DNA of 64,000 nt from Narcine bancroftii (lineage: Eukaryota), in contig NC_091476.1 in assembly GCF_036971445.1 (NCBI RefSeq), positions 165,044,001 through 165,108,000 of the forward strand. Reading direction: 5' to 3'. Under the pieces are notes generated by a model that saw only the letters and a list, made by a program, of their open reading frames with translations, did not search any database and had not been told where the DNA came from. The position numbers and the translations under genes are program-made. How positions within the stretch are numbered: position 1 is the stretch's first letter; each line of letters opens with the position of its first letter. Positions 28,301 to 40,275 of this stretch are shown here, in pieces.

Positions 28301-28805
28301 AACCCATCTAAATATACCAAAACCCATGTTCAAATGCAGCAATGTTAAGGGAAGAGAAATAAAGTTACTGAAAGCCTGTAAAAGGTACTAAACAGCAAGC
28401 CAGAGCAGTTATTCATTTAAATCCACAAGCTGATTGCAGTCACTTACAGGGTTATTTGGAAAGGGTTCAAATTATCCACACTTTGGTATCAACTACATTG
28501 CATACCCTGGGATTCCACCACCCCACCTTCCTCCCCCTCCCCCCACCCCACCCACACCATTTTCAAATTGAAGTCAGAATTACTTTAAACCTAGTTGCAA
28601 CTCCCAGAATTTTGATTAAAAATATCCAATTTTGGACTGAAGCTTATGCTCAGAAATAGCAAATCAATGATTAAGCTTGGTTGCCCCTCACGAGTAAACT
28701 GCATCTACGGCCTAGTTGGACCATGTAAAAAGTGTACAGGTGTATTTGGTTAAATGTTCAAACATGCCCCACCACCCATCCCCACAAATAAGTTTTAACA
28801 CTTAC

Positions 28806-28891
28806 CATTATCTCAATGCTAAACAGCAATTATTTGTTGGCACAGCATGTTACTGCTTGGTTTCCAGTTACCCATTGAAGCTCTTCAGCTT
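28806..28891 (-). other. Candidate distal non-coding/poison exon of SFPQ, 86 nt
   Basis: cttctatatcttctgcctatag|AAGCTG...ATAATG|gtaagt; reads KLKSFNG* if joined to exon 8. Confidence 0.45.
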
Positions 28892-31297
28892 CTATAGGCA
28901 GAAGATATAGAAGTCACGTTCTGGTAGTCCTGGTATCCTGTGGCAAATTCATTCTTATGAGCAGATCTGCACCTCCCAGATCTTGCTACCGGATTCCAAT
29001 TATTGAAATTTTCCAATTAGTCATTCACGATGGAAGAGGACCAACTTTTCAATCAATAACTGAGGTGAAACCTTCATAAGTTAATAGTTGGTCCCACATT
29101 AGGTCAGTAGATTAAAAGGCTTTCTGGATCATTAACTGGAGATCTTTTGGAGAATATCTTTCACCAGATGAAATTCAATAAAACTGAAAATCAGCTGAGA
29201 CTTTAGAACTCCACCTTTCAGATCCTGTCTCAGTTTCACAGCAAACCCATATGGTAGAACTTTAATATCTACATACACAACAAAAAAAATTCTCCAAAGT
29301 CCAAAATTCCACAAAATAGTCCAGTGCTGTTGTTGATGTAATAAGTCCAAAGATGAAAGTATGTGCATCAATACCAGTAACTCTCGTGTTTACTAAATCT
29401 TGTGCACATTATTTTTGCACTTTTTACTGCATTTACTTCAATACACATTTCTATCATTGCTCGTTCCAAAATCCCAACTTGAGAGCTGGGACACCGGTGG
29501 CCCCAATTTCTGTCTCCTACAAGACCAATAAATTGGTTTACAAGCCTAATACTACAAAGTAACTACTTATTTACGCAGGAAACAGAAATTTGGTTTCATT
29601 GCAGTTTTGAGTTATCATAACCTCTGTGGTTTTGCACAACTAGACAGCCAATGCCATTTGGCATCAAGTCATACAGTGACTTGCACTATGAACTGATTTC
29701 ATTAAGTGGACCAGAAATGACAGTGGGGCAGGCCAAGTTGTGGCTAAATGAAATTTTATAAACCCAACTCAAAATACAAGAGGAATAAATGTTATGATTA
29801 AGGTGTACAATCAAAAACAGTGATGCAATTGGCATTGCCCAAAATATCAGCAACCCCAGAGCTTCTGCTTTAACTCGACAGGTGACATTTGAAGATCCAG
29901 AAATCAGATATCAAATTGCAGGAAAGCAGAGTTTGTTAAAATAAAGGTTAAAAAAAACCCTACCACACCTAGAGTGGAAATAAAACAAAAATCAATTTCC
30001 CAAACCATGGATGAAGCCCAGCATCACAAAATTCAATGCCTAAAAATCAGTGAGCCCAGAATAAGGAGCTTCAACATTTAGCAATGTCAACCAACCTAGT
30101 TGGATCTTAGCCAATAGATTGTTTCCATGGGGCAAAGAAATTGTCAGCTTGGGTGCACAGTTGCTGCATCAAACCAGCTTTAATGGATAGCACTGAAGGT
30201 AAAACCAATTTGTCTCCAAGGTCAGATCTTCACAATCTAGGTTCACTCTGAATTATGCAGAGCTGGCCACCATAGGTTCTCAAATTTAATCTTCAGACTA
30301 GCAAATTAAAAGAAGTTAAAATAAAATTGTGCTTAGCATTAATATAAACATTTAACATCATATGCACCAGCTGCAGCAACACCTTCCTTCACTCCCAATA
30401 TGGGAAAACATACATATCTAAAAATGTAGTTGCCAAACCAGACTCTTGGATGCCAGTGGACTTCACTGCCACACCTGACTGAATGTGCTTGCAAGTATCA
30501 GGGAAGGAAAAACCCCTTTTAGAACAATGTTCAGTCCAACTTTATCCAAAACTAAATCCACAAAAGAACAAAGAATCCCTTTTGAAAGTTTGCATGAAAT
30601 CTAATTGGATGACGATTTGTATTTATGACTAAAAGTTTCAAGACCTGACTGTCTATTGTGCAGTGAAGCAAAACACTACTTGGCTCTTTGGCCGACTGCA
30701 AATTAAATCAAAATTCAGATATCAGGCTGAAAAAAACCTCACTACTTAAAACCACACAATTGTGAATTGTGTTTTCAGTGCAATTCTATTCCCTTCAAAT
30801 AATTATCTTCACAATTGACTGAGATAAGTGGCACAGAGTTTGCAGTAGTCAGCAATACCTGTTCCACTTATGAAAGCTGAGATCTTGTTCTTTGTTAATA
30901 ACAACTCATTTCAAATTAGCACTACGAATGAGTTTTAATTTAAAAAGATGACCAAAATACAGAATTCCACCATTTCAAAACAAGCATTTAGCCTGCACAA
31001 TTAAACATGCTTCTACAATGACTCAAAGAAATACATGAAGCATACTTTCTAGAGGTTTAATGGCACTTCAGTGTACAGTTGAAGTACTGGAAAAAGATGC
31101 CTATTTGCACTTTCACTTGCTTGACATAATTCAACATTCACAATGTGCCAGTGTGAACTGTTACAGTTTACAAAGTTTAGTCAATACACAAATCTGAATA
31201 GGCATAAAATGCAACTTTGCCACCAACTAAAAAACGCAATTATGAAGAGCTCTCATCTAAATGACTATCTGGAATGCACACTAAAGGGCTACAAAGT

Positions 31298-31432
31298 TTA
31301 GTATCTAGGCTTCTTATTAGCCGTTTCATATTCTTCTCTCCCTCTACTAAAATTGGGACCAGTAGGCCCCATAGGACGTGGGGGCTGAGTATTCATTGGA
31401 CCTGGGGCTCCCTGTCCAAAGCGGTCATTACG
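31298..31432 (-). CDS. SFPQ: SFPQ last coding exon 9 including stop codon, 135 nt
   Basis: Acceptor aatag|CGT; translates RNDRFGQGAPGPMNTQPPRPMGPTGPNFSRGREEYETANKKPRY*. The C-terminal NKKPR(Y/F) NLS is typical of SFPQ. Confidence 0.95.
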   Translation of the reverse strand, partial: RNDRFGQGAPGPMNTQPPRPMGPTGPNFSRGREEYETANKKPRY

Positions 31433-31434
31433 CT

Positions 31435-31675
31435 ATTGGAAGTTCATCACACATGGTAGCAATCAAAGTCCATACAAGTTGAACATTACAAAGTGAGGAA
31501 AATGTGTAACATTTAGATCAGGGAAGGCATCCGTAGTCAACGTTCGTCGATTACAACCAGGAATGGGGCGATCCACAGGTACCAGGCACATAAAAAGGAA
31601 AAAAAGAGGGCAAGTTGTTCATTAGTTTACCGACCGGCACATGGAGGAATCCATGGTGGGTATAATCCTCCCATG
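31435..31675 (-). promoter_or_regulatory. Distant branch point, polypyrimidine tract and AG-exclusion zone upstream of the last SFPQ coding exon
   Basis: No AG dinucleotide on the minus strand from 31667 to 31435. ACTAAT at 31626-31621 is followed by a U/C tract at about 31612-31581. Confidence 0.75.
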
Positions 31676-33723
31676 ATTTATGACAGCTTAAGAACAATGG
31701 CTATTCTGCTTTAGTGCAAACAAACCACTTTAACAATAAAGGAATGCAGTGCAATACGCACAAAATGTGGGCTTTTAGCTGTTCATCACTGTTGCAATCT
31801 CCACAATGAATGTCAGAGATGCAGATTTTTAACACTTCAAGTTAAATAGCCACTGGCCTTAATCGAAGTCACAAATTACCACCGACTTATTCCCACCCAT
31901 TTCCCTTTTAACAATCTGACTAACGCGCCAGTATTGTAGTACTGAATAGTTACTGAATGGAAATAATTTTGGTCCAGTAAAATATCTGTTATCACCATTA
32001 AGTCATGATAGGCCAAGTTTCTGACTTAAATAGAAAAATATCCGATCAGATGCCTTTACAGTTTAAAGGAGCGATGTTGTAGAAATTTTAATGTACAAAA
32101 TTTTAGACTGCAAACTACAATCACAGTACAGCACAAGTACTACAACACTGGATCATCATTACCATCAAGGATTACCTGAGAAAAATACTGCAAAGGAATC
32201 CACTATTAGAAGTCCATAATTATCAGGTCATTTCCCTCAGTTTTTTTTATGCCTTGCCAAATTTACCACTTGCACAGAACTCAACCATTTGGAGGATAAG
32301 GCAAGCAAGTAAGCCATGACCCAAGGCATACTGTTGTGTTAAGAGGACAAGCATAGCCTCTTTCAATTTACTTCATAGATCAATGTCTCTGCAGCCTAAC
32401 TGCAGCATATACTGCCAATATAATTACCCAGTACAAGATCAGAGATTTGAAAAATTTCTCAAACAGAAAACCAATGATTCAACCATTTGGAATTGGATTG
32501 GACATTCAGGATCAACAGTCTCACATTATGAATATCACCTCTACTCACCCCATCTTGCCACATGACCCATTTTTTCACTTAAGTATTAAGTCTGTCTTCT
32601 GCACCCTTTCACTGTACCAGACCAAAAGGTCAGGATCAGCAATGTTAAGATGCAGGGAAATTGTATTTATTAGCTGCTGCAGTTGAACAATCACAGGAGC
32701 CATGGGATAGCCTATTTCCTCCTGTGCTACAATTTCTGACCATATAACTGGTCATTAAAATACAAGGATTTCTGCACTTTCTAACAAAATACATCCACAC
32801 TAATTTCAATATTGCAGTTTGTTATATACTGGAAGAATGTGCTTGATATTTATGTATGTAACAGCAGCTACAAATGCCAGAACATTTGGACAGGAAAGTA
32901 TCAATTTCCTATGGAACAAAAACCAAACTGATTTGACTGTATAGACAATCAGCCTTCTGTATCAGAACAATTGCAACCTTATCACTTGGAATCGCCAAAA
33001 TATCCCACTAGCCAATCTGAAGTTACGATGGAACATTATCATTCTTGGCATGAATACAAGTAGTTCACTGTTATTTCACCCCCCCAACCCCCCACCAAAA
33101 ACAATTAGAAAAATTGAAACCCACCCAGTTTTCCTGCAAACCTAATTTCCTCACAAAGCCTTGGCCCCAAGCACACAATCCTACATTCTGATTCTATTAA
33201 CTCACAACTTTGGTAATCCAGTTAGTGAAACACTTGTTTAAATGCATTTCAACTGGGTTAAATTCACAATCTTCTGCCTTATAATCACACGGATTGCAAT
33301 CGAACTTACAAGCAGTAATGACTACCCTATAAACGTTTGGCGCAGCCAAACTTGAGCAGTGACATGGCAATTAGATCCTGTGATCAAGGAGCAAAACTGT
33401 TTAATATCAACTCCTGTAAATATATTAACATGTCACAATATATGTACTTTTCAGAAAGTTGAATCCACTCCCATGCCAAGTCCACACTAATTATTCAGCT
33501 CCTACAATGGCCTTATTCAAGCGGTTTCTAAGTTTGCCGTTTTGTGCTTTGTTTCAATAGCATCAAGCTAAGCAGATGAACTACACAAAAGGACATTTGT
33601 TCATACTGCAGAAAATCCATTACAGTCATCTCTTTGTTATTTTTATACCACTACCCTCACACATTCCGTTCTACAGCCAGATCATACATTCAAGCATTCA
33701 CTCTTAACTACAGTATGCTTTAC

Positions 33724-33869
33724 CCCTGCCATGTCGCTGGTGTTTGCGCTGGTGCTCATCATCTGTCCAGTCATCGCACTAGGTCCTCCAGGACTACTCA
33801 ATGCACTGTGACCTTCATAGGCCATTGCTGCCATTGGTGGAAAACTTTGGTTTGCAGTTGTATATTGTT
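33724..33869 (-). CDS. SFPQ: SFPQ coding exon 8 (C-terminal low-complexity region), 146 nt
   Basis: Acceptor tttcag|AA; translates EQYTTANQSFPPMAAMAYEGH...MMSTSANTSDMAG; donor GGG|GTAAAG. Resembles the human ...KFPP...YE...SDM exon. Confidence 0.88.
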
Positions 33870-34489
33870 CTGAAATTCAAGAATGAGGATTCAACAATAG
33901 AAACTAAATTTAAAAAGTGTCGATCATATTTACACAATACAAAATATGCTAAATTCTTCACAAGGAATATTCATCACTATTAGGCTACAATCAGGAAGAA
34001 TATACAGGAATCAAATTAAAAAATATCAGAAGAGTCCAAAGACAACTGAAAATCAATTGGGACAGAAATTAGAAGTTCCCAAAAGAAAATGTTTTTCTAC
34101 AAGTTTCAGTCTCAGAACTTTCAAATGCACAAGATCAACACATTTTGAAGTCTTGTACCCTACAAGATAGAATCAGTTCAAACAAGTTTTATCCTTTTAA
34201 ACCTGAAAATGACTGAAGTACCCAGCATCTATTCCACTAAACCAGTTTCCATTGCCAAGTTACTGATCCAATATTTGTTTCAATTAAGTACCCAAGACAT
34301 CAAAACAAAAGTCACCCCTTCAAACAACTGACAACCTCAAGAGTGGACTACTTCTGTATTTTAATAGTTTGATCCTTGACAATACTTGCCTTTACTGTTG
34401 TCATAAAGAGAAAAAAATACATTCATCTCATCATTTCAGCAAATATAACCAGACTCATAACCTCCTTCAAGCTGATGATTGACGTTTGA

Positions 34490-35590
34490 ATCACAACCAC
34501 TTGGACAGCCCCAACTCAGAGGTCAGAATGCTGTTCATTGACTTAGTTCAGCATTCAGTACTGTGATTGCCTCCAAGCTAATCGCCAGAATTCGCCATCT
34601 CATCCTTCTGAAACTGGACCTTGACTTTCTGACTAACAGACCCTTATCTATTAAGTTAGACAACCTCTCCATTCTCACCCTGAGGGCTGTGGCTGAGCCT
34701 TGTTCTGTACTTCCTTTTTACCTATTACTGTATTCCTGTGCATGGTTTTAACTCCATAATAGTTTCCTGACACCACCATTTAGTTGGCTGATCAGAGGGG
34801 AACGATGAGACAGCTGACAAGGATGAGATACAGCACCTGACCATGTGGTGTGCTAATAATCACCCACCCTTTAACACCCAGATAACCAAGGAGATCAAAG
34901 TGGACTTCAGCCATGCTGGGAGCCACATTCATGCCCAAATCTACACCAATGGAACTGTAGTGGAACATGATTCAAGCTTCAATTCAAATTCCTTGGTGCC
35001 CATATTTCCAATGATCTCACGTGGCCCTTGAACTCCTCCATCCTGATCAAAAAGGTGCCACAGCGGATTTCCTGCAGAGCATCAAGAAAGCTCACATTAG
35101 TCCCAGGATACTGCTGTACCTTAGAGCATACCCATCAATGGCATCTCAGTGTGGTATGGGAACAGTCCCATTATTTGATCACAAAGCACTCCCATGGGTG
35201 GCGAAATCTACCCAACAGATTATTGGCACCCAATTCCTCACCATTGAGAGCATTTATCAGAAACTCTGCCAGTGCAGGGCAAAAAGCATCATCAGGGATG
35301 CCTCTCACCCTGTGAACTTTTTAAACTCTCCTTCCATCTGATAGGTGATACAGGATCCTCCACTCTCAAACCTGCAGAAGTTTTCTGAACTGTGACCCTT
35401 ACATCTTACCGCTGAGCAGTATTGTACCCACATTGTACTGTCAGTACTTTTATACTTGTCCGTTTGCTTTTATTTGCAGTTACTTGTAAATAGTACTATT
35501 CTTTATACTTCCGGTTAGATGCTAATTGCATTTCATTGGCTTTGTATCTGTACTTGGCACAGTGACAATACAGTTGAATCTAAAATCTAA
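34490..35590 (+). mobile_element. Rex/Babar-like LINE fragment in SFPQ intron 7 (antisense to the gene)
   Basis: VRMLFID.SSAF.T, WC.NN...N...TKE..VDF, A.SII.D.SHP; 3' tail GACAATACAGTTGAATC. Confidence 0.75.
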
Positions 35591-35995
35591 TCCAGTATTG
35601 TACAAAACAACTTCATGTAACTATTCCACAATATCAATTTGTACCTCAGTCTTCCATCTGACAACATTCCATTAAACAACTCTGTCCAGCATTTCAGGTT
35701 AAGTACATTGAACTATGGAGTTGCCACTACATTTATCTTGCCATCATTTACAAAATAGTCTGTTCATAGGTCAGATTTGACCACGCTGCGGTCAAAGCAA
35801 CCCATGACATTTGCATCCCCAATTTACAAAGAGCATATAACTGTGAACCTGTCAATTTGAGTACCTGACTATTTCTGGTCACCTGGACCTCAGCAAACAA
35901 CCAAGTAACATTAATAATTAAAATTAGGCTAATCAGGATTACTGAAACCATAAATTTACAAATATCCAGAATTTTCCAAAAGACCTGCATTTTAC

Positions 35996-36032
35996 CTGTC
36001 ATTCCTCCAGCCATACGCATTTCGCGTTCTCT
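35996..36032 (-). CDS. SFPQ: SFPQ coding exon 7 (small exon), 37 nt
   Basis: Acceptor ttttttttccag|AGA; translates REREMRMAGGMT; donor AG|GTAAAA; keeps phase with neighbouring exons. Confidence 0.9.
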
Positions 36033-36619
36033 CTGGAAAAAAAAGTGATAATAGAAAATGTAATATGAAGAGGTGACCAGGCCAAGTCCAACTGAATTTT
36101 AAGTAAGCTCATTTCTGCAATATTAACCTGCTATATACCCAAATTTACAACAGCCCAATAAAACAAAACAATGGAAAATATAAGTTACACGAGTCTCTAC
36201 AAGTCTCAACTTGACACCAATTTCTACCCAAATTGCATTGAAATATTTAAAATACACGGGTAAAACTTTTAATTGACATGCAACAGCTGCACAAAAAAAT
36301 GGTATTTGCATATCAAACAAATTAGATACATGGGACCTAATGGAAAATACTTTTCAATGTGTTAGAGGAAAGTTAAAAATGCATTGAAGGAGAAATTAAA
36401 GTTGGACTCAACAAAGTTACAGTAATGAGAAAAATCTCAATCGCCAAGAGACCAAAAGTACAAACAGAAAATTTCAAAGCTGTTCAACAAAAAAGTGCTG
36501 GAGAAACTAAGTTATGCAATATTCTATTCAGGCACTTCTTGCTCGTTTCCAATATCTCTATGAAAGGCTCAGTAATGAAACATTGGTTATATATCTGTAA
36601 AACAAATAATACAGCACTG

Positions 36620-37990
36620 TACATGCCTTTTGGCCCTCGATGTTGTACCAATCCATATCCCCAAGTACTAAACCCTCCCTAATCCATTATTTTTCTTTCA
36701 TCCATATGTCTAAAGTCTCTTAAATGTCCCCTATCATCCCTGGGGTACCAGCAACCACAACTCAAAAACTTATCCCCGACGTCTCACCTAAACTTCCCTC
36801 CCTTAACTTGATCCTCTGGTATTTGCTGATCCTGCCCGAGTAAATAGATCCTATCTGTCCACTCTTCTATGCCTCTCAATCTTGTAGACCTCTATCAAGA
36901 CTCCTCTCATCCTTCTACACTCCAAAATAAAGTCCTAGCTCTGCTAACCTTGTCTCATAAGATGCATTGCCTGGATTAGGAAATATCTTGGTAAATCTCC
37001 TCTGTACCTTCTCCATCGCTTTCACATCCTTTTTTGTGAGGTAACCAGAACCGAACACAATGTGGTCACACCAAAGATTTGTCGAGTTGTAACATGACTT
37101 CTACTCCTGAATTCTATCTCCCCATTAATGAATCCAAGCATCCCATAGGCCTTCTTAACTATCCCATCAACCTGTGCGGTGACCTTGAGGGGTACAGGGA
37201 TTGGCACCCCATGGTCCCTCTTTTCATCCACATTTTCTTAAGTAACTGAACATTAACTCCGTAGTCAGCCCCCTGGTTAGTCCTTCCAAAATGCATCACT
37301 TCACTTTTCCAGATTGAAATCCATCTGCCACTTATAACCTTCAACAACCTCCAGCCCCATCTACAACTCCTTCAAACTTCATGTCACCTGCAAACTTACT
37401 GACCCATCTCTCTGGCTCTTCACCCAAGTCATTTAGAAATATCACAGAGCAGCAAAGCCATGTTATCCTTGAGTAAACCACACTTCTCCAAATGCTCACA
37501 GATCCTATCCTTTAAAACTCACTGGCCTTTCATTCCCAGGATTCTTCCCAATACTTTTTTTAAAAAGAGGGAACTACATTTGTTATTGTCTAATCCTCCA
37601 ACACTTCCCTTGTGGCCAAGGATCATAGGTATTGCCCTAGCTGTCTCTTCTCACTTCCCACAGCAGCCTGGGGTATATTTGGCCCTAGGGACTTATCAAT
37701 CTTGGAATGTTTTTAAACAGATCCAACACTTGTGCTTCCCTAATCTCCACATTGTCCAGCACACAGGACTCTTCAATTTAAACCTCACCGTGATTTGAGG
37801 TCCTTTTCATTTAGGACCTCCCCAGCTTCAAGGCATGTTGCCACCCTTATCCTTTATTGGCCCCACCTCTTTTCATCATCCTTCTGTTGTTCACATTTGC
37901 ATAAAATGCATTGGGGCTTTCCTTAATTCTACATGCCAAGGCCTTCTCATGACCCTTTCCAGCTCTCCTAAATCCTTTCTTAAGCTTCTT
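36620..37990 (-). mobile_element. CR1-like LINE fragments in SFPQ intron 6
   Basis: KSEVMHFGRTN, LKVTAQVDGIVKKAYGMLGFINGEIEFRSR, KRAKRGHEKALA.RIKE.P.AFY-like segments. Confidence 0.8.
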
Positions 37991-39244
37991 CCTGGCAACA
38001 TGAGAATGCTGTATGATTTGCTGAGTTTCTCTAGCACTTGTGTATTGAACTGCAATCACAGCACAATGTAAAAAAAAACAGGACACTTAACAGGCCCACA
38101 AGCCCACACTGCTCAATTGACCTACAACTCTACATTTTTAAGGGTGGGAGGAAACCCAGACATCAGAAAACCAAAGCAGATACAAAGAGAATGTACAAAC
38201 TCATTACAGTCAACACCAGACGAGCAGCCCATTGAAGCACAAACACAGACTACCACAAATTTTGCAGTTAAATAGCCCACATTTGGGGACATTGTAGGCA
38301 TCAGCACATCCAAAATGCAATAGGATGGTCCTGGAAGAATGACTATTTTGATCACGGTCTCTCCCCTACCAGGCATCTGCAGAGTTGGTTTAACTAATTT
38401 CAAAGTTATTACAGCTTACAAATACAATGTACCGAATAAATCAGCAAATTTGTCCAATTTTTTTTGAAAATTTAATTGTTGCTTCACGGGTACAAGCACA
38501 ATTTTGCAAAACTTGAGTAAACTAGAATCTGGGCATTCATTAAATAGGAAAAAGCCTTGGATATCAGTGTACCAGTTAGCACCGTGCTGCTATAGCACCA
38601 GCAACCAGGGTTCAATTCAAGCGCTAGTTTTTTTTTCTTCCTGTGTCTCGGTTCTCCGATTTCTTCCCACTGTTCAAAATGTTTTGGAGTTGTATGACAA
38701 TGGGGTAAGCTTTGGGCTAAAGGCCCTGTTACAGTGCTATATGTATCCTAAAATTGTTAAGTAGGCAGAAACCTCAGATCACAAGTGTAATTGAGTGGTT
38801 CAGAGGCAAGCAAGCCAAGGTGTATAGCTTAATGGTAGCTTAGGGACTTGTTCCAATCTTAGCTCATCTTAGTCAAATCTGGTCCAGTTCCACACGGCCA
38901 CCAGGAAATAATGTAGCATGAATAAATTTCGAAGATTTGAAAGAGCAACTGTTCAGAAAATAGTTGCAAACACCTGAAATCTTGCAAATACCAAGAGATT
39001 TCATTCCCAACTTCAATGATGTAAAATGGAAACCTCCTAAAGGATTTTTAGAATGTAATATTTCAGGACATGAAGCAGCTAAAATCTGAGGAAACAATAT
39101 TCATGGCACATTTATAATTTAACATTAATGGCAATACCTTTGGATTCATGGACCCACTAATTTTTGTTTTATGTGAAATCAAACATTCATGATTACGACA
39201 TGGACACTGCTTTAAAACAATTCCCAAGATGGAAAAAACCTCAC

Positions 39245-39359
39245 AGGATCCATGTATCCCATGCGGAAGCTCTCCTCCCTCTGGCGCCTTATCATCTCCT
39301 CTTTCTCCCTTTGTCGCATCAGCATTTCCTCCTCCCTTCTGCGACGCTCTTCTTCTTGC
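39245..39359 (-). CDS. SFPQ: SFPQ coding exon 6 (coiled coil), 115 nt
   Basis: Acceptor ttcag|G; translates QEEERRRREEEMLMRQREKEEMIRRQREESFRMGYMDP; donor CCT|GTGAGG. Confidence 0.95.
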
Positions 39360-39455
39360 CTGAATGCACAAACAACATTAAAAAGTTAATTTTTAACAAA
39401 TTTGAGATCTATAAACAGCCCATGGAATGCAATTTCACATGGTCCAAATTCTCAC

Positions 39456-39540
39456 CTCAATTCAAGTTGTTTACGCTTCTGAACTTCTTGACTGTGGAGT
39501 TCTTCCATGCGCCGTAGCTCTTCTTGGCGCCGCATGAGAT
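39456..39540 (-). CDS. SFPQ: SFPQ coding exon 5 (coiled coil), 85 nt
   Basis: Acceptor ccag|AT; translates [29 protein letters not shown]; donor AG|GTGAGA. Confidence 0.95.
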
Positions 39541-39805
39541 CTGGTTTGAAATTTTTCAAAATAGAGAAGTGTTAATCAACTAGTGCATGGGCACAGCAGA
39601 GATCATCATATCCCACTTTATAACACTCAGTTCATGTGCAGAATACCATTTACAAAATGTTAATATAATGTCAATGTTAATATATGCCTAGAAAAAAATA
39701 AAAAGATATCATTATCTTCTATTCATAAAGTGCATTTACTTTGATATTAAGCAGTGTGTATCATAAAGGCACATTTCAATACTAGATAACCAATTTCTAA
39801 CATAC

Positions 39806-40002
39806 CCTGCCTCAACAACATTGCTTGATGTTCATGGTATGCATCTTCCATCTCATTTTCCAGCTTATCCCTGGCCTCTCTCATGTTCTTTTCTACTTGC
39901 TCTCTCTGTTGTTTTTCCATTTCATCAAGAGACTTCCATCGCTGGGAATACTCAAACTCAAACGTTCCGTGCTGAGCAAAACGAGGAGGGTGCTCCCTTT
40001 CC
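39806..40002 (-). CDS. SFPQ: SFPQ coding exon 4 (NOPS / coiled coil), 197 nt
   Basis: Acceptor ttttcag|G; translates [40 protein letters not shown]...HQAMLLRQ; donor G|GTATGT. Confidence 0.97.
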
Positions 40003-40179
40003 CTGAAAAGTTGCCACATTCCACATCAATTGCTAAAAATCAAACTACTTTAAACAAATCAAATCTGCAGCAAATACAAAAAGCCTGAATGCAAGTACTA
40101 CAAGGTTAGGAAATTTAGCCACTTTTCCCAATTTCAATTAGCTTTAAACTGAGATATACTTCAAGTCAAAGTAACTCAC

Positions 40180-40275
40180 TTCTGATACATTGGGTTCCTT
40201 TGGGCAAGCTTCTCAGGAAGACCATCTTCATCATCATATTGTTCCATTGGTTCCACAATTACAGGACGAGGAGAC
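40180..40275 (-). CDS. SFPQ: SFPQ coding exon 3 (NOPS domain), 96 nt
   Basis: Acceptor tgtag|G; translates [32 protein letters not shown]; donor AA|GTGAGT; phase consistent. Confidence 0.95.

Noticed and set aside
32040-32165. Possible box C/D snoRNA (ATGATGA ... CTGA on minus) in SFPQ intron 8
   Set aside because: No terminal stem and no recognisable guide sequence; the motifs are short enough to occur by chance.
33724-33730. Possible GC donor 6 nt upstream of the exon 8 GT donor (ATG|GCAGGG)
   Set aside because: Poor match to the GC-donor consensus; a usable in-frame GT donor follows.
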